This document shows positions 31,312 through 41,257 of a stretch of DNA of 64,000 nucleotides, piece by piece (positions within the stretch are counted from its first letter, which is position 1; each line of letters begins with the position of its first letter). The notes under the pieces were generated by a model. The model was not told the origin of the DNA, searched no databases, and was given only the letters and a program-made list of their open reading frames with translations. The stretch comes from Candidatus Aminicenantes bacterium. Its GTDB lineage: Bacteria; Acidobacteriota; Aminicenantia; Aminicenantales; Saccharicenantaceae. The translations under genes were made by a program, and so were the position numbers. The stretch is taken from contig JBGLNH010000001.1 in the NCBI GenBank assembly GCA_041320535.1, positions 863,746 to 927,745 on the forward strand, in the 5' to 3' direction.

Positions 31312-32547
31312 ATGGCCAAGCTCCCGATCGGCGAATCCTTCACGATGGCCCTGATCTCCCTGCGCTCCCACAAGCTGCGGACCTTTCTGACCCTGCTCGG
31401 CATCGTCATCGGCGTCCTGACCATCATCGCCGTCGTCTCGGTCATCCAGGGCCTCAACAATTACGTCTACACCAAGATGTCCTTCTACGGGGCCAACGAC
31501 TTCTCGGTCCAGAAGTTCTCCATGATCGGGACCTCGCTCAAGGATTTCCGCGAGCAGATGAAGCGCAAGGACCTGACCCTGGTCGAGCGCGACCTCATCC
31601 GGGCCAACTGCCCCTCGTGCGAGCTCATCGGGGCCAGCGCCTCGACCAGCCAGACCGTCAAGTTCGGCAGCCAGTCGATCCGGAGCACCGAGGTCCGCGG
31701 CGTGACCCACCTCGACCACGAGATCGGCGCCGTCGTCGAGCTCGTGAGCGGCCGGCACCTCCAGAGCCAGGACGAGACGAACTCCCGGCCCGTCTGCGTC
31801 ATCGGCGCCGACGTCGCCGAGAAGGTCTTCGGCGGCCTCGACCCCGTCGGCCGCTGGCTGAAGGCCGGCGGCCGGAACTTCCAGGTTATCGGCGTGGCCA
31901 AGGCCAAGGGCAAGATCCTGGGCTTCAGCCAGGACAACTACATCCGCATCCCGATCACCGCCTTCATGAAGGCCTACGGTTCGCGCCGCTCCATCAGCAT
32001 CAACATCCACACCGCCTCCCAGGAGGGCATGGCCCGGGCCCAGGAAGAGGTCAGGACCGTGCTCCGGTCGTGGCGCAAGAGGGCCTACAGCGACCCGGAC
32101 GACTTCTCCTACGCCACCTCGGAGACCTTCATCCAGTTCTACAAGACGGCCACCTCGGGCATCTACTTCGCCATGATCGCCGTGTCCTCGATCGCCCTCG
32201 TCGTCGGCGGCATCGTCATCATGAACATCATGTTCGTCTCCGTGTCGGAGAGGAAGAAGGAGATCGGCATCCGCATGGCCGTCGGCGCCCGCCGCCGGGA
32301 CATCCTCTACCAGTTCCTCATCGAATCGTCCCTCATTTCCGCGCTCGGAGGGGTCATCGGCATCGTCCTCGGCTTCGCCGTCGCCCGGGTCATCTCCGCG
32401 GCCACGGCCATGCCCTCGAGCGTCGAGCCGGCCTCGATCGTCCTGGCCATCGCCATGTCGTGGTCGATCGGCCTGTTCTTCGGCATCACCCCGGCCAACC
32501 GGGCGGCCAAGCTGGACCCCGTCGAGGCCCTGAGGTCGGAACAATGA
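31312..32547 (+). CDS. ABC transporter permease, MacB-like (MacB periplasmic domain plus FtsX)
   Basis: 411 aa with an N-terminal TM, a periplasmic domain, and a C-terminal FtsX 3-TM bundle (ERKKEIGIRMAVGA, LDPVEALRSE). A TTGACA-N17-TAACAT promoter-like element lies at ~31246. Confidence 0.8.
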   Translation: MAKLPIGESFTMALISLRSHKLRTFLTLLGIVIGVLTIIAVVSVIQGLNNYVYTKMSFYGANDFSVQKFSMIGTSLKDFREQMKRKDLTLVERDLIRANCPSCELIGASASTSQTVKFGSQSIRSTEVRGVTHLDHEIGAVVELVSGRHLQSQDETNSRPVCVIGADVAEKVFGGLDPVGRWLKAGGRNFQVIGVAKAKGKILGFSQDNYIRIPITAFMKAYGSRRSISINIHTASQEGMARAQEEVRTVLRSWRKRAYSDPDDFSYATSETFIQFYKTATSGIYFAMIAVSSIALVVGGIVIMNIMFVSVSERKKEIGIRMAVGARRRDILYQFLIESSLISALGGVIGIVLGFAVARVISAATAMPSSVEPASIVLAIAMSWSIGLFFGITPANRAAKLDPVEALRSEQ

Positions 32548-33794
32548 AGTGGCGTCTCCAGATCCTGCGCGAGGTCTTCGGCATGGCCGTCGACTCGATC
32601 CGGGTCCACAAGCTCCGCTCCTTCCTGACCGTCCTGGGCATCGTCATCGGCGTCATGACCGTCATCGGCATGGTCTCGATCATCCAGGGCCTCAACAAGA
32701 GCTTCCTCGGCGAGCTCCAGTCGGCCGGCTCCGACATCATCTCCGTCCAGAAGTACGACGCGGTCCAGATGGGCGAGCGGTCGGAAGAGGAGCGGATGCG
32801 CAAGGACCTGACCTTCGACGACGCCAAGGCCATCGAGGCGGGGGCCCCGCTCGTCAAGGCCGTGGCCGTCAGCACCTACGTCAGCGTGTTCGACCAGACC
32901 GAGATCAAGCACGGCAGCGCCAAGAGCGACAGCGCCATGGTCATCGGCATGAACGAGCAGTGGCCGGTCGTCATGTCGCTCTACCTGCCGCGCCTGGGCC
33001 GGTTCATCACCGAAGCCGAGCTGGCCCGCTCGGCCCGCGTCTGCGTCCTCGGCTCGGAGCTGGCCGACGTCCTCTTTCCCGTCACCAACCCCCTCGGCAA
33101 GGAGATCCGCGTCGGCCCGGAGGCCTTCACGGTCGTCGGCGTCCTGACCAAGCGGGGCCAGATGTTCGGCCAGAGCCGCGACAACTTCGTCGGCCTGCCC
33201 ATCACCACGCTGATGAAGTATTACCGCTACGAGAAGGACAGCCTGGAGATCATCGCCGTCCCCCGGCGCTCCGAGGACCTCGGCGAGACGATCGAGCAGA
33301 TCCGCAACGTCCTCCGGCAGCGGCGCAAGGTCCCCTACGGCAAGCCCGACGACTTCGCCGTCATGACCCAGGACACCCTCGTCGACCTCTACAACCAGCT
33401 GACCGGGGCGGCCTACCTGGTCATGATCGTCATCTCCTCGATCGGCCTGCTCGTCGGCGGCATCGGGGTCATGAACATCATGCTCGTCACGGTCAAGGAG
33501 AGGACCCGCGAGATCGGCATCCGCAAGGCCATCGGGGCCCGGGCCGGGGACATCCTGAAGCAGTTCCTCATCGAGGCCGTGTTCCTGACCGGGACGGGCG
33601 GCATCATCGGCGTCCTGGTCGGCTTCGGCATCGCCCTCCTCGTCCGCTCGGCGACGCCCCTCCCGGCGGCGGTCTCGTGGTGGTCGGTCGCCCTGGGGCT
33701 GTCGGTCTCCGCGGCCATCGGCCTGTTCTTCGGCATCGTCCCGGCCCAGAAGGCCGCCCGGATGGACCCGATCGAAGCCCTCCGCTACGAATAG
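32544..33794 (+). CDS. ABC transporter permease, MacB-like (second copy, translationally coupled)
   Basis: 416 aa paralogue of the preceding gene, joined by an ATGA overlap. No ATPase gene is adjacent. Confidence 0.8.
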   Translation: MKWRLQILREVFGMAVDSIRVHKLRSFLTVLGIVIGVMTVIGMVSIIQGLNKSFLGELQSAGSDIISVQKYDAVQMGERSEEERMRKDLTFDDAKAIEAGAPLVKAVAVSTYVSVFDQTEIKHGSAKSDSAMVIGMNEQWPVVMSLYLPRLGRFITEAELARSARVCVLGSELADVLFPVTNPLGKEIRVGPEAFTVVGVLTKRGQMFGQSRDNFVGLPITTLMKYYRYEKDSLEIIAVPRRSEDLGETIEQIRNVLRQRRKVPYGKPDDFAVMTQDTLVDLYNQLTGAAYLVMIVISSIGLLVGGIGVMNIMLVTVKERTREIGIRKAIGARAGDILKQFLIEAVFLTGTGGIIGVLVGFGIALLVRSATPLPAAVSWWSVALGLSVSAAIGLFFGIVPAQKAARMDPIEALRYE

Positions 33795-33943
33795 GATCCG
33801 GGGACAGGCACCTCCGGCAGGTGCCCCCCCTTCCACTTCGGAACGCGTCCCCCCGTCACGATATTTGAAAATTGACAAAACCCTGACAAATTCCGCCGCC
33901 GGGCCCGCTATAAACAAGGAGGAATCCGATAAAGGAGGGGCCC

Positions 33944-34546
33944 ATGATCGGCTTTAGAGGATCGATGCGGCGGGTCGGCCGCCGGGCGGCGGGATGGGCG
34001 GTCTTGGTCGTTATCCTGTCCGGATGGTCCTACGCGCAATCCGCCGCGGATCCGGACCTGGCCGCGGCGATCGCCGGCAAGAGGAAAGTCCGCGTCCTCA
34101 CGCAATCGGGCCAGATGGTCCTGCGAAGACCGGAGATCACGCGGGAGGGCCTGATTTCCCAGGCCGGGAGAGGAGGCCCGGGGGATCCCCGGGTCGTCCC
34201 GTGGGCCGATATCAACGGCGTTCAGGTGCGCCGAAGCGGCGCGGGAAAAGGCGCGATCATCGGGGCCGGGATCGGCACGGGTCTCGGTCTCGCTTTCGGA
34301 CTGGCGTGCACACGGGACTGCACCGGCTGGATGGACATGTTCTGCGAAGCTACGGCCGGCCAAGTCGTTCTGGTCACCGCCATCGGGGGCGCCGGCGGCG
34401 GGCTGCTCGGAGCCGCGATCGGCGCCCTGACGGGAAGCTGGCGAACGGTCTATACGAGAACGAAGCCTTTTCAGAAGCTCCCCCGCGTCTCCATCGCTCC
34501 GGCGCCCGGAGGCGGATTGATCTTCTCTCTTTCCCTGTCCCTTTAG
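33944..34546 (+). CDS. Hypothetical exported protein with a glycine-zipper TM segment
   Basis: Signal-like AGWAVLVVILSGWSYAQSA and a glycine zipper GAIIGAGIGTGLGLAFGLA. No family assignment. Confidence 0.4.
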   Translation: MIGFRGSMRRVGRRAAGWAVLVVILSGWSYAQSAADPDLAAAIAGKRKVRVLTQSGQMVLRRPEITREGLISQAGRGGPGDPRVVPWADINGVQVRRSGAGKGAIIGAGIGTGLGLAFGLACTRDCTGWMDMFCEATAGQVVLVTAIGGAGGGLLGAAIGALTGSWRTVYTRTKPFQKLPRVSIAPAPGGGLIFSLSLSL

Positions 34547-34620
34547 AGCACCGGGCCCGGCCATCGGGGGGACAGGCCGCGGTCCCTCCCCGATCGTCCC
34601 CGGGGCGACGGGGACACGGT

Positions 34621-35562
34621 TCACTTTCCGGGCTTTGCCCCGACGGGCGTCGGCGGGCGGAACGCCTCGATCTCGGCCCGGGCCGGGGCGGACGGCTGGG
34701 CGCCGGGGCGGGTGACGGAGATGGCCGCCGCGGCCTGGGCGAAACGGAGCGCGTCGACCAAGGCCATCTTCTCGGCGAGCGCCACGGCCAGCGCTCCGTT
34801 GAAGACGTCGCCGGCCGCCGTCGTATCCAAGGCTTCCACCTTGAAGGCGGGGACGAGCCCTTCGCATCCCTCCGACGACGCATAGACGCCGCGCTTTCCG
34901 AGGGTGATAACGACCGTCCGCGGACCTCGGGCCCGGATCCGGGCGGCCGCCTCGCGCATGTCGGCCTCGCTCTCGGCCTCGATCCCCGCCAGCATCGCTG
35001 CCTCGTGCTCGTTCGGGGTCAGGACGCTCACCTCGGACAGGAGGGTATCGTCGAGCTCGCGCGCCGGGGCCGGATCGAGGATGACCTGGAGGCCCCGCCT
35101 CCGGGCCCAATGGACCGCGGCCTCGACCGTCGCGAGGGGCGACTCGAGCTGGAGGAGGACGACGTCGGCGGCGCCGAACGCCTCGGCGGCCCCCTCGACG
35201 TCCGCGACGGAGAGAAGGGCGTTGGCCCCCGAGGCGACGGAGATGCTGTTCTCGCCCCGCTCGTCCACGGTGATCAGGGCGATGCCCGAGGGCGCGCCCG
35301 GCGTCGTCAGGACGAAGCGCGTGTCGATCCCGTCCCGGGCCAACCCTTCCCGGGCCTCGCGGCCGAACAGGTCGTCGCCGACCCGGGCGACGAAGGTCAC
35401 GCGCCCCCCGGCCCGGGCCGCGGCCACGGCCTGGTTGGCGCCTTTGCCGCCCGCGGCCATGGCGAAATCGCCGCCCAGGAGGGTCTCCCCCGGCCGGGGG
35501 ATCCGCGGCACGCGGACGACCATGTCCGTGTTCGAGCTGCCGACGACGACGATGTTCTTCAC
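34621..35562 (-). CDS. rbsK: Ribokinase (PfkB family)
   Basis: GTG start VKNIVVVGSSNTDMVV. GG motif GGKGANQAVAAAR and C-terminal anion hole DTTAAGDVFNGA. Confidence 0.8.
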   Translation of the reverse strand: MKNIVVVGSSNTDMVVRVPRIPRPGETLLGGDFAMAAGGKGANQAVAAARAGGRVTFVARVGDDLFGREAREGLARDGIDTRFVLTTPGAPSGIALITVDERGENSISVASGANALLSVADVEGAAEAFGAADVVLLQLESPLATVEAAVHWARRRGLQVILDPAPARELDDTLLSEVSVLTPNEHEAAMLAGIEAESEADMREAAARIRARGPRTVVITLGKRGVYASSEGCEGLVPAFKVEALDTTAAGDVFNGALAVALAEKMALVDALRFAQAAAAISVTRPGAQPSAPARAEIEAFRPPTPVGAKPGK

Positions 35563-36752
35563 GCGTTCGCCCGCAGCCAGGCCTCCGCCGCTTCGACGGC
35601 CTCCCGGAGACGCGCCTTCTCCGCGGTCACGAGCTCGACGAGCGAGGGCCCTCCCCCGCCCTTGACCGGAAGGACGGCCGCGACGACGGGAACGATCTGT
35701 CTCAGGTCGGCCTTGATGGACTCGGACCGGGCCACGATGAGATGCCCCTGCCCCTCGCCCGGCGCGCCGAAGGCCACGGCGAACTCGCCGCCCTTGATGA
35801 CGTTGAGGGCCAGGAAGCGCGCCTCGTCGTGTGTCCGGTCCTCGAGGACGGCGGCGATGACGCGGCCCGCGGCCGACCGGACGACCTCGCCGGCCTCGAA
35901 GGCGGACAGCCTTTCCTCGAGCTTGCGGGCCCGCTTCTTCAAAGCCTTGTGCTCCGCCGCGAGCCTCTCGACCTGGGCCGGCGCGTCGGCGGGCGCGCAC
36001 GAGAACGAAGCCGCCAGGCGCCGGACGGCCCGGTCCTTGGCCCGGTGGTCCCGCAGGGCCCGTCCGCCGCACAGGAACTCGAAGCGCAGGTTGCCCCGGA
36101 TCTTTTCGGCCGGCCCGAGACGGACGAGCCCGATCTCGCCGGTCCGGCGCACGTGCGTCCCGCCGCAGGCCGAGTGGTCGAAGCCGTCGACCTCGACGAC
36201 CCGCAGGAGCCCCGACTTCTTGGGCGGCCGCCGCAGCGGCACCTCCCCGATCCTCTCTTCGGGGACGAAATGGACCTTGACCGCGCGGTCCTCCCAGACG
36301 ACGGCGTTGGCCCGGTCCTCGACCCGGTCGAGGTCGGCGTCCGAGGCCGAGGCCAGGCCGATCTCGAGCGTCGAGACCTCCGGGCCGAGGTGGAACGAGC
36401 GCGTCTCGCCCTTGAGGACTTCCCAGAAAGCCTGCGACAGGACGTGCTGGCCGGTGTGCTGCTGCATGTGGTCGAAGCGCGTCGCCCGATCCACGCGGCC
36501 GCTGATACGCGCCCCCTCGACCGGGCGGTCGAGGACGTGGAGGATCGCGCCGTCCTCTCGCTCGACGACGGCCAGGACCGAGGCCCCGCCGAGCTCGCCC
36601 TTGTCCCAGGGCTGGCCGCCCGACTCCGGATAGAAGGCCGTCCGGTCGAGGACGACGGCGGGACGCCCTTCGCGCTCCGTCCGCTCGACGACCTCGGCCT
36701 CGAACTCGGCGAGATAGGCGTCGTCGTAGTAAAGCCGCTTCGTCCCGGCCAT
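35559..36752 (-). CDS. AlaX-L type alanyl-tRNA editing protein (AlaRS editing domain plus DHHA1)
   Basis: HTGQHVLSQA...CGGTHV zinc-binding motifs of the AlaX/ThrRS second additional domain; 397 aa. AGGAGGGGA RBS. Confidence 0.7.
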   Translation of the reverse strand: MAGTKRLYYDDAYLAEFEAEVVERTEREGRPAVVLDRTAFYPESGGQPWDKGELGGASVLAVVEREDGAILHVLDRPVEGARISGRVDRATRFDHMQQHTGQHVLSQAFWEVLKGETRSFHLGPEVSTLEIGLASASDADLDRVEDRANAVVWEDRAVKVHFVPEERIGEVPLRRPPKKSGLLRVVEVDGFDHSACGGTHVRRTGEIGLVRLGPAEKIRGNLRFEFLCGGRALRDHRAKDRAVRRLAASFSCAPADAPAQVERLAAEHKALKKRARKLEERLSAFEAGEVVRSAAGRVIAAVLEDRTHDEARFLALNVIKGGEFAVAFGAPGEGQGHLIVARSESIKADLRQIVPVVAAVLPVKGGGGPSLVELVTAEKARLREAVEAAEAWLRANA

Positions 36753-36762
36753 GGCTCCCCTC

Positions 36763-36942
36763 CTATGCTTTGACGGCGACGGCCGGCATCTCGAAGTCGC
36801 GGCCCTCGCTCACGGCCTCGGCCATTGCCTCCTTCTCGAACTGCCCGACGGAGCGGCGGAGCGGAAAGAGGCCGGCGAAGGACCCCTTGTCGCGCGTTCC
36901 GGGGTGGTCCGTAAAGAGGGCTTCATGCCGTTTCTTGGCCAT
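36763..36942 (-). CDS. Possible small protein (59 aa) immediately upstream of alaX
   Basis: MAKKRHEALFTDHPGTRDKGSF... has strong GC3 bias and its stop lies 10 nt before the alaX RBS. No homology was recognised, so it could be spurious. Confidence 0.25.
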   Translation of the reverse strand: MAKKRHEALFTDHPGTRDKGSFAGLFPLRRSVGQFEKEAMAEAVSEGRDFEMPAVAVKA

Positions 36943-37072
36943 GGGCCGAGGATATTCCGGCCGCGGGCGGGAGTCAACCCCGGCCGCGCGGCCCCGGCCG
37001 AAAGGAGATTCGTTTTGACGGCAAGCCCCGGCCCGGATAGAATCCGATAAACGACCGCGCCAGGAGGTCCCG

Positions 37073-39889
37073 ATGACGTCGCTCCGCAAAGCCGGCCGCG
37101 CGCCGGCCGTCAGCCTCGTTCTGATCCTCGCGCTGGCCCTGACCGGGCCGGCCCTTTTTGCCCAGGCCAAGAAGGCCCTGACCTTCACGGACATGATGAA
37201 GTTCCGGCACCTGCGGAACCCCGTCATATCGGAGGACGGCCTGTGGGTGGCCTTCGCTTCCCAGCCCGACCGGGGAGACGGCGAAGGGCTGGCCGTCCAC
37301 GTCCGGACGGGCCAGACCCATGTCGTCCCGCGCGGCGCCCGGCCCGCTCTCTCGTCCGACGGCCGCTGGGCGGCCTTCACCGTCCTGCCCAAGGCCGAGG
37401 AGGGCGAGAAGGCCGCGAAGGACAGGCCCAAGCCGGGGGCGGCCCTGGTCGACCTCGGATCGGGCAAAGTCCACGAGATGGCAGGCGTCGATAGCTTCGC
37501 CTTCTCCGAGGACGGGGCCTGGCTGGCCGTCCTGCTGGCCAAAGAGGATAAGAAGGAAACCAAACCCGAGGCCAAACCGGAGGCCAAGCCCGAAGCGAAG
37601 CCCGAACCCAAGGCCCCCGCGCTGGAGACCGGCGCCGAGCTCATCCTTCGGCGCCTGGCGACGGGCGAAGAGACCCGGACGGCCTTCGTGACGTCGTTCG
37701 CCTTCGACAAGACGTCCTCCCGCCTCGCCTACGCGGCCGCCGATCCCGACGGAAAGGCCAACGGCGTCTTCCTCCGCGACCTCGGCCGGCCCGGCCTGCC
37801 CGAGACCGCCGTCCACCGGGCCGAGCGCGGGTCCTATCGGAACCTGTCCTGGCCGGAGGCGGGGGGCCGCCTGGCGTTCGTCGCCGGCCTGCAGGACGAC
37901 AAGGCCCGGATCCGGACGTGTTCCCTGTGGCGCTGGGACGCCGCGACGGGCCGGGCCGTCGAGGCCGTGGCCGCCTCCGCGCTTCCCAAGGGATGGATCA
38001 TCCCGGCCAAGAACGAGCTCACCTGGAGCAAGGACGGCCGGCGCCTGTTCTTCGGCCTGAAGCCGGCGGAGATGGAGGACCCGGCCGAGCCGGAGAAGCC
38101 GGAGAGCAAGGCGGCCCCGGTCGACCTCTACGACTGGGACGCCATCCTGGCCAAGCGCGAGGTCGACGTCTGGCACTGGGACGACCCGTTCATCAACTCC
38201 CATCAAAAGAAGATGTGGAACCGCTTCAAGGACCAGACTTACACGGCCGTCCTCCACGCCGACACCGGCCGCTTCGTCCCCCTGGCCGACCGGGACATGC
38301 CGCAGATCGAGACGGGCGACCAGGCCCGCCAGGTCCTCGGCTCCTCCGATGTCCCTTACCGCAAGGAGGTCACCTGGGACGGCGATTACCGCGACGTCTA
38401 CCTCGTCGACCTGGCCGACGGCTCCCGGAAGAAGGTCCTCACCCGGCACGCCGGCCGGCCGAGCCTGTCGCCCGGAGGCAAGGCCGTCGTCTATTACGAC
38501 AAGGGGGATTGGCACCTCTGGGACGTGAACGGCGGCAAGGGCCTGAACCTGACGGCCGGGCTCGGCGTCCCTTTCGCCGACGAGGACCACGACACGCCGG
38601 ACGAGCCCGGCGGCTACGGCGTCGCCGGATGGACGGCCGACGACTCGGCCGTCCTCATCTACGACAAGTTCGACGTCTGGAGGTTCGAGGTCCCGTCGGG
38701 CCGGGCCTCCAACTTGACCGCGGGCGAAGGGCGCAAGGCGCGGACCCGGTTCCGGATCGTCCGTCTCGATCCCGAGGCGCCCGGCTTCGCCAAGAACGAA
38801 AGGCTCCTGCTCAGCGGGTATGACGACCGCGACAAGGGCGAGGGCTTCTGGACCGCGCGCGTCGGGACCCCGGGTGTCGCCAGGCTCCTCGAGGAGCCCC
38901 GCAAGTTCACCGTGGTGGCCAAGGCCAAGAGAAGCGACACCCTCCTCTATACCCGCGAGAGCTACGAGGAGTTCCCCGACCTCTGGGCCGCCGGGACCGA
39001 CCTCGGCTCGCCCCGCAAGCTCACCGACCTCAACCCCCGGATCAAGGAGTTCGCCTGGGGGACGGCCGAGCTCGTCGAGTGGACGAGCGCCGGAGGGGTC
39101 CCGCTCCAGGGCGTGCTCATCAAGCCCGGCGACTACGAGCCGGGCCGCCGCTCTCCCGTCATCGTCTATTTCTACGAGCTGTTCTCTCAGCGCCTGCACG
39201 AGTTCAACCAGGTCGTCGTCAACCACAGGCCCTGCTTCCCGTTCTACGCCAGCAACGGCTACGCCGTTTTCCTGCCGGACGTGCGCTTCGAGGTCGGGCT
39301 GCCCGGGCCTTCCGAGGTCCGCTGCCTCGTCCCCGGGGCCCAGAAGCTCGTCGACATGGGGGTGGCCGATCCGGCGCGGATCGGCCTCCACGGCCATTCC
39401 TGGAGCGGCTACGGGACGGCCTACGTCGTCACCCAGACGGACTTTTTCGCCTGCGCTATCGCCGGCGCGGCGGTGGGCAACATGACCAGCGCCTACAGCG
39501 GCATCCGCTACGAGTCCGGCGTCGCCCGCCAGATGCAGTACGAGAAGCAGCAGAGCCGCATCGGCGGCAGCCTCTGGGAGAAGCCGTGGCTCTACTGGGA
39601 GAATTCGCCGGTCTTCTTCGCCGACCGCGTCCGGACGCCGCTCCTCCTCATGCACGGCGACGAGGACGGGGCCGTGCCCTGGGCCCAGAGCGTCGAGCTC
39701 TACCTGGCCATGCGGCGGCTGGGCAAGGACTGCGTCTTCCTCCAGTACCGCGGCGAGCCCCACCATCCCCAGAAGTACGCCAACAAGCTCGACTACTCCA
39801 TCAAGATGAAGGAATACTTCGACCATTACCTCAAGGGCGCGCCGGCCCCGGAGTGGCTGAGCAAAGGGGTCCTCTACAACGGCCGCTGA
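37073..39889 (+). CDS. S9 family serine peptidase (prolyl oligopeptidase/dipeptidyl peptidase-like) with N-terminal beta-propeller repeats
   Basis: 938 aa with a signal peptide and TolB-like WD/propeller repeats. C-terminal catalytic domain with GHSWSGYG (GxSxG), then Asp/His (HGDEDGAVPW...EPHHP). Confidence 0.8.
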   Translation: MTSLRKAGRAPAVSLVLILALALTGPALFAQAKKALTFTDMMKFRHLRNPVISEDGLWVAFASQPDRGDGEGLAVHVRTGQTHVVPRGARPALSSDGRWAAFTVLPKAEEGEKAAKDRPKPGAALVDLGSGKVHEMAGVDSFAFSEDGAWLAVLLAKEDKKETKPEAKPEAKPEAKPEPKAPALETGAELILRRLATGEETRTAFVTSFAFDKTSSRLAYAAADPDGKANGVFLRDLGRPGLPETAVHRAERGSYRNLSWPEAGGRLAFVAGLQDDKARIRTCSLWRWDAATGRAVEAVAASALPKGWIIPAKNELTWSKDGRRLFFGLKPAEMEDPAEPEKPESKAAPVDLYDWDAILAKREVDVWHWDDPFINSHQKKMWNRFKDQTYTAVLHADTGRFVPLADRDMPQIETGDQARQVLGSSDVPYRKEVTWDGDYRDVYLVDLADGSRKKVLTRHAGRPSLSPGGKAVVYYDKGDWHLWDVNGGKGLNLTAGLGVPFADEDHDTPDEPGGYGVAGWTADDSAVLIYDKFDVWRFEVPSGRASNLTAGEGRKARTRFRIVRLDPEAPGFAKNERLLLSGYDDRDKGEGFWTARVGTPGVARLLEEPRKFTVVAKAKRSDTLLYTRESYEEFPDLWAAGTDLGSPRKLTDLNPRIKEFAWGTAELVEWTSAGGVPLQGVLIKPGDYEPGRRSPVIVYFYELFSQRLHEFNQVVVNHRPCFPFYASNGYAVFLPDVRFEVGLPGPSEVRCLVPGAQKLVDMGVADPARIGLHGHSWSGYGTAYVVTQTDFFACAIAGAAVGNMTSAYSGIRYESGVARQMQYEKQQSRIGGSLWEKPWLYWENSPVFFADRVRTPLLLMHGDEDGAVPWAQSVELYLAMRRLGKDCVFLQYRGEPHHPQKYANKLDYSIKMKEYFDHYLKGAPAPEWLSKGVLYNGR

Positions 39890-39904
39890 GGGATGGGGAA
39901 GGAT

Positions 39905-39933
39905 GGGGACATGTACCTTTGGTACGTGTCCCC
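39905..39933 (+). repeat. REP-like 29-bp imperfect palindrome GGGGACATGTACCTTTGGTACGTGTCCCC (copy 1)
   Basis: The hairpin-forming element repeats at 40038 and, diverged, at 59072. It is flanked by short tandem repeats (GATGGGGA x2 upstream, TCTTGCTCCCCG x2 downstream). Confidence 0.6.
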
Positions 39934-40037
39934 GTTCTTGCTCCCCGCTCTTGCTCCCCGTGTGAGACAGCTGCCCACCTCCGCCCGTCTTTATGAACGG
40001 AAAGGAGATCGGGGACATCGGGGGAAATGGGGGAACT

Positions 40038-40066
40038 GGGGACATGTACCTTTGGTACGTGTCCCC
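40038..40066 (+). repeat. REP-like 29-bp palindrome (copy 2, identical to copy 1), 43 nt upstream of the RAYT start
   Basis: Identical 29-mer, preceded by G-run-rich sequence (ggggacatcgggggaaatgggggaactgggg) that contains a partial REP copy. Confidence 0.6.
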
Positions 40067-40109
40067 AAGCAACCCCAAGTTACCCCCATGCCGCCCTCGA
40101 GCCCCCCGA

Positions 40110-40721
40110 ATGCCTCGAGCCGCACGCATCGTCTATCCCGGCGTCCCCCACCACATCACTCAGCGCGGCAACCGGCGTCAATCCGTCTTCTTCTCCGACG
40201 ACGACAAGGCCCTTTATCTTCGCCTGCTCGCGAAATGGGCGGCCAAAGCGGGCTTGACCATCTGGGCCTACTGCCTCATGGACAACCATGTCCATCACGT
40301 CGCGGTCCCCGAAAGGGTATCGAGCCTAGCTGAGGCCATCGGTCAGACCCATAAGGCCTACACCAGGATCATCAACGAACGGGAAGTCTGGCGCGGCTTC
40401 CTCTGGCAGGGCCGGTTCGGTTCGTTCCCGATGGATGAGCCTTATCTCTACAGGGCCATGCGCTACGACGAGCTCAATCCCGTTCGCGCGAAGATCGTCC
40501 AAGATCCCGCGGAATATCGCTGGTCGAGCGCTCGGTGCCACATCATGGGTCTTCCCGATCCCTTGGTCGCCGGGAATCCTCTCGGCATGAGCGGGCGGGA
40601 ATGGGCGGCCTATCTCAAGGAAGGGCTGATGGAATCGGAAATATCCCTGTTCCGGGCCCACATCAAGAAGTCAACGCCCATCGGCAGCGAGGATTTCGCC
40701 GCGTGCCGTCCTCGGCTTTGA
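40110..40721 (+). mobile_element. REP-associated tyrosine transposase (RAYT / TnpA-REP, IS200/IS605-like Y1 transposase)
   Basis: MPRAARIVYPGVPHHITQRGNRRQSVFF...IWAYCLMDNHVHHV (HuH motif)...FLWQGRFGSFPMDE...YDELNPVRAKIV..PAEYRWSS (catalytic Tyr region) matches the RAYT family, adjacent to REP hairpins. Confidence 0.8.
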
Positions 40722-41245
40722 TCCTTTTCGGTGTCGCCTGGTTCGCGGCCTCGTCGCTCCCGGCCGCGGCGCGGCAGGCGGGCCCCTCGGCTCCCGCGGT
40801 CCCCGACGTCTTCAAGGACCCGGAGAGCCTGGTCCGGGCGATCTACGCGGCCGTGTCCTTCGATCCCGGCCCGGCGCCGGACTGGGAGTTCGTCAAGACG
40901 TTCTTCCTGCCCCAGGCCGTCATCGTCGTCCGCAAGACGCGGACGTCCATGGCCGTCATGACCGTCCAGGAGTTCGTCGACTGGTTCGCCGACGACGTCG
41001 AGAAGTTCAAGATGAGGGAGCGCGGCTTCGAGGAGACCGTCGAGAAGATCAAGCTGACGAGGCTCGGCGACATCGCCCAGGCCTTCGTCGTCTACAAGGC
41101 CCGGCTGAAGACGCCGGCCGACGCCCCCGGCCAGATCGGGCTCGACGGCTGGACGCTCCTGCGCAAGGACGGGCGGTGGTGGATCGCCTCCATCGCCAAC
41201 GAGATCCCGACGCCCGACCGGCCGCTTCCCGAAGAGCTGCGCTAG
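40703..41245 (+). CDS. Exported NTF2-like/SnoaL-like (DUF4440-type) hypothetical protein
   Basis: Probable GTG/TTG start with signal-like ILFGVAWFAASSLPAAA. Overlaps the RAYT 3' end in another frame. The start assignment is uncertain. Confidence 0.4.
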   Translation: MPSSALILFGVAWFAASSLPAAARQAGPSAPAVPDVFKDPESLVRAIYAAVSFDPGPAPDWEFVKTFFLPQAVIVVRKTRTSMAVMTVQEFVDWFADDVEKFKMRERGFEETVEKIKLTRLGDIAQAFVVYKARLKTPADAPGQIGLDGWTLLRKDGRWWIASIANEIPTPDRPLPEELR

Positions 41246-41257
41246 GGCCGGAAGTCC

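Noticed and set aside
38155-38530. TGGCAC hexamers at ~38161 and ~38511 as additional sigma-54 promoters.
   Set aside because: Both lie inside the S9 peptidase CDS and lack a correctly spaced -12 GC/TTGC element.
39970-40040. G-run-rich repeats (ggggacatcgggggaaatgggggaactgggg) resembling a short repeat array, possible CRISPR.
   Set aside because: The units are 8-10 nt G-tracts without regular spacers or cas genes. They are interpreted as partial REP copies / G-quadruplex-prone sequence next to the RAYT.
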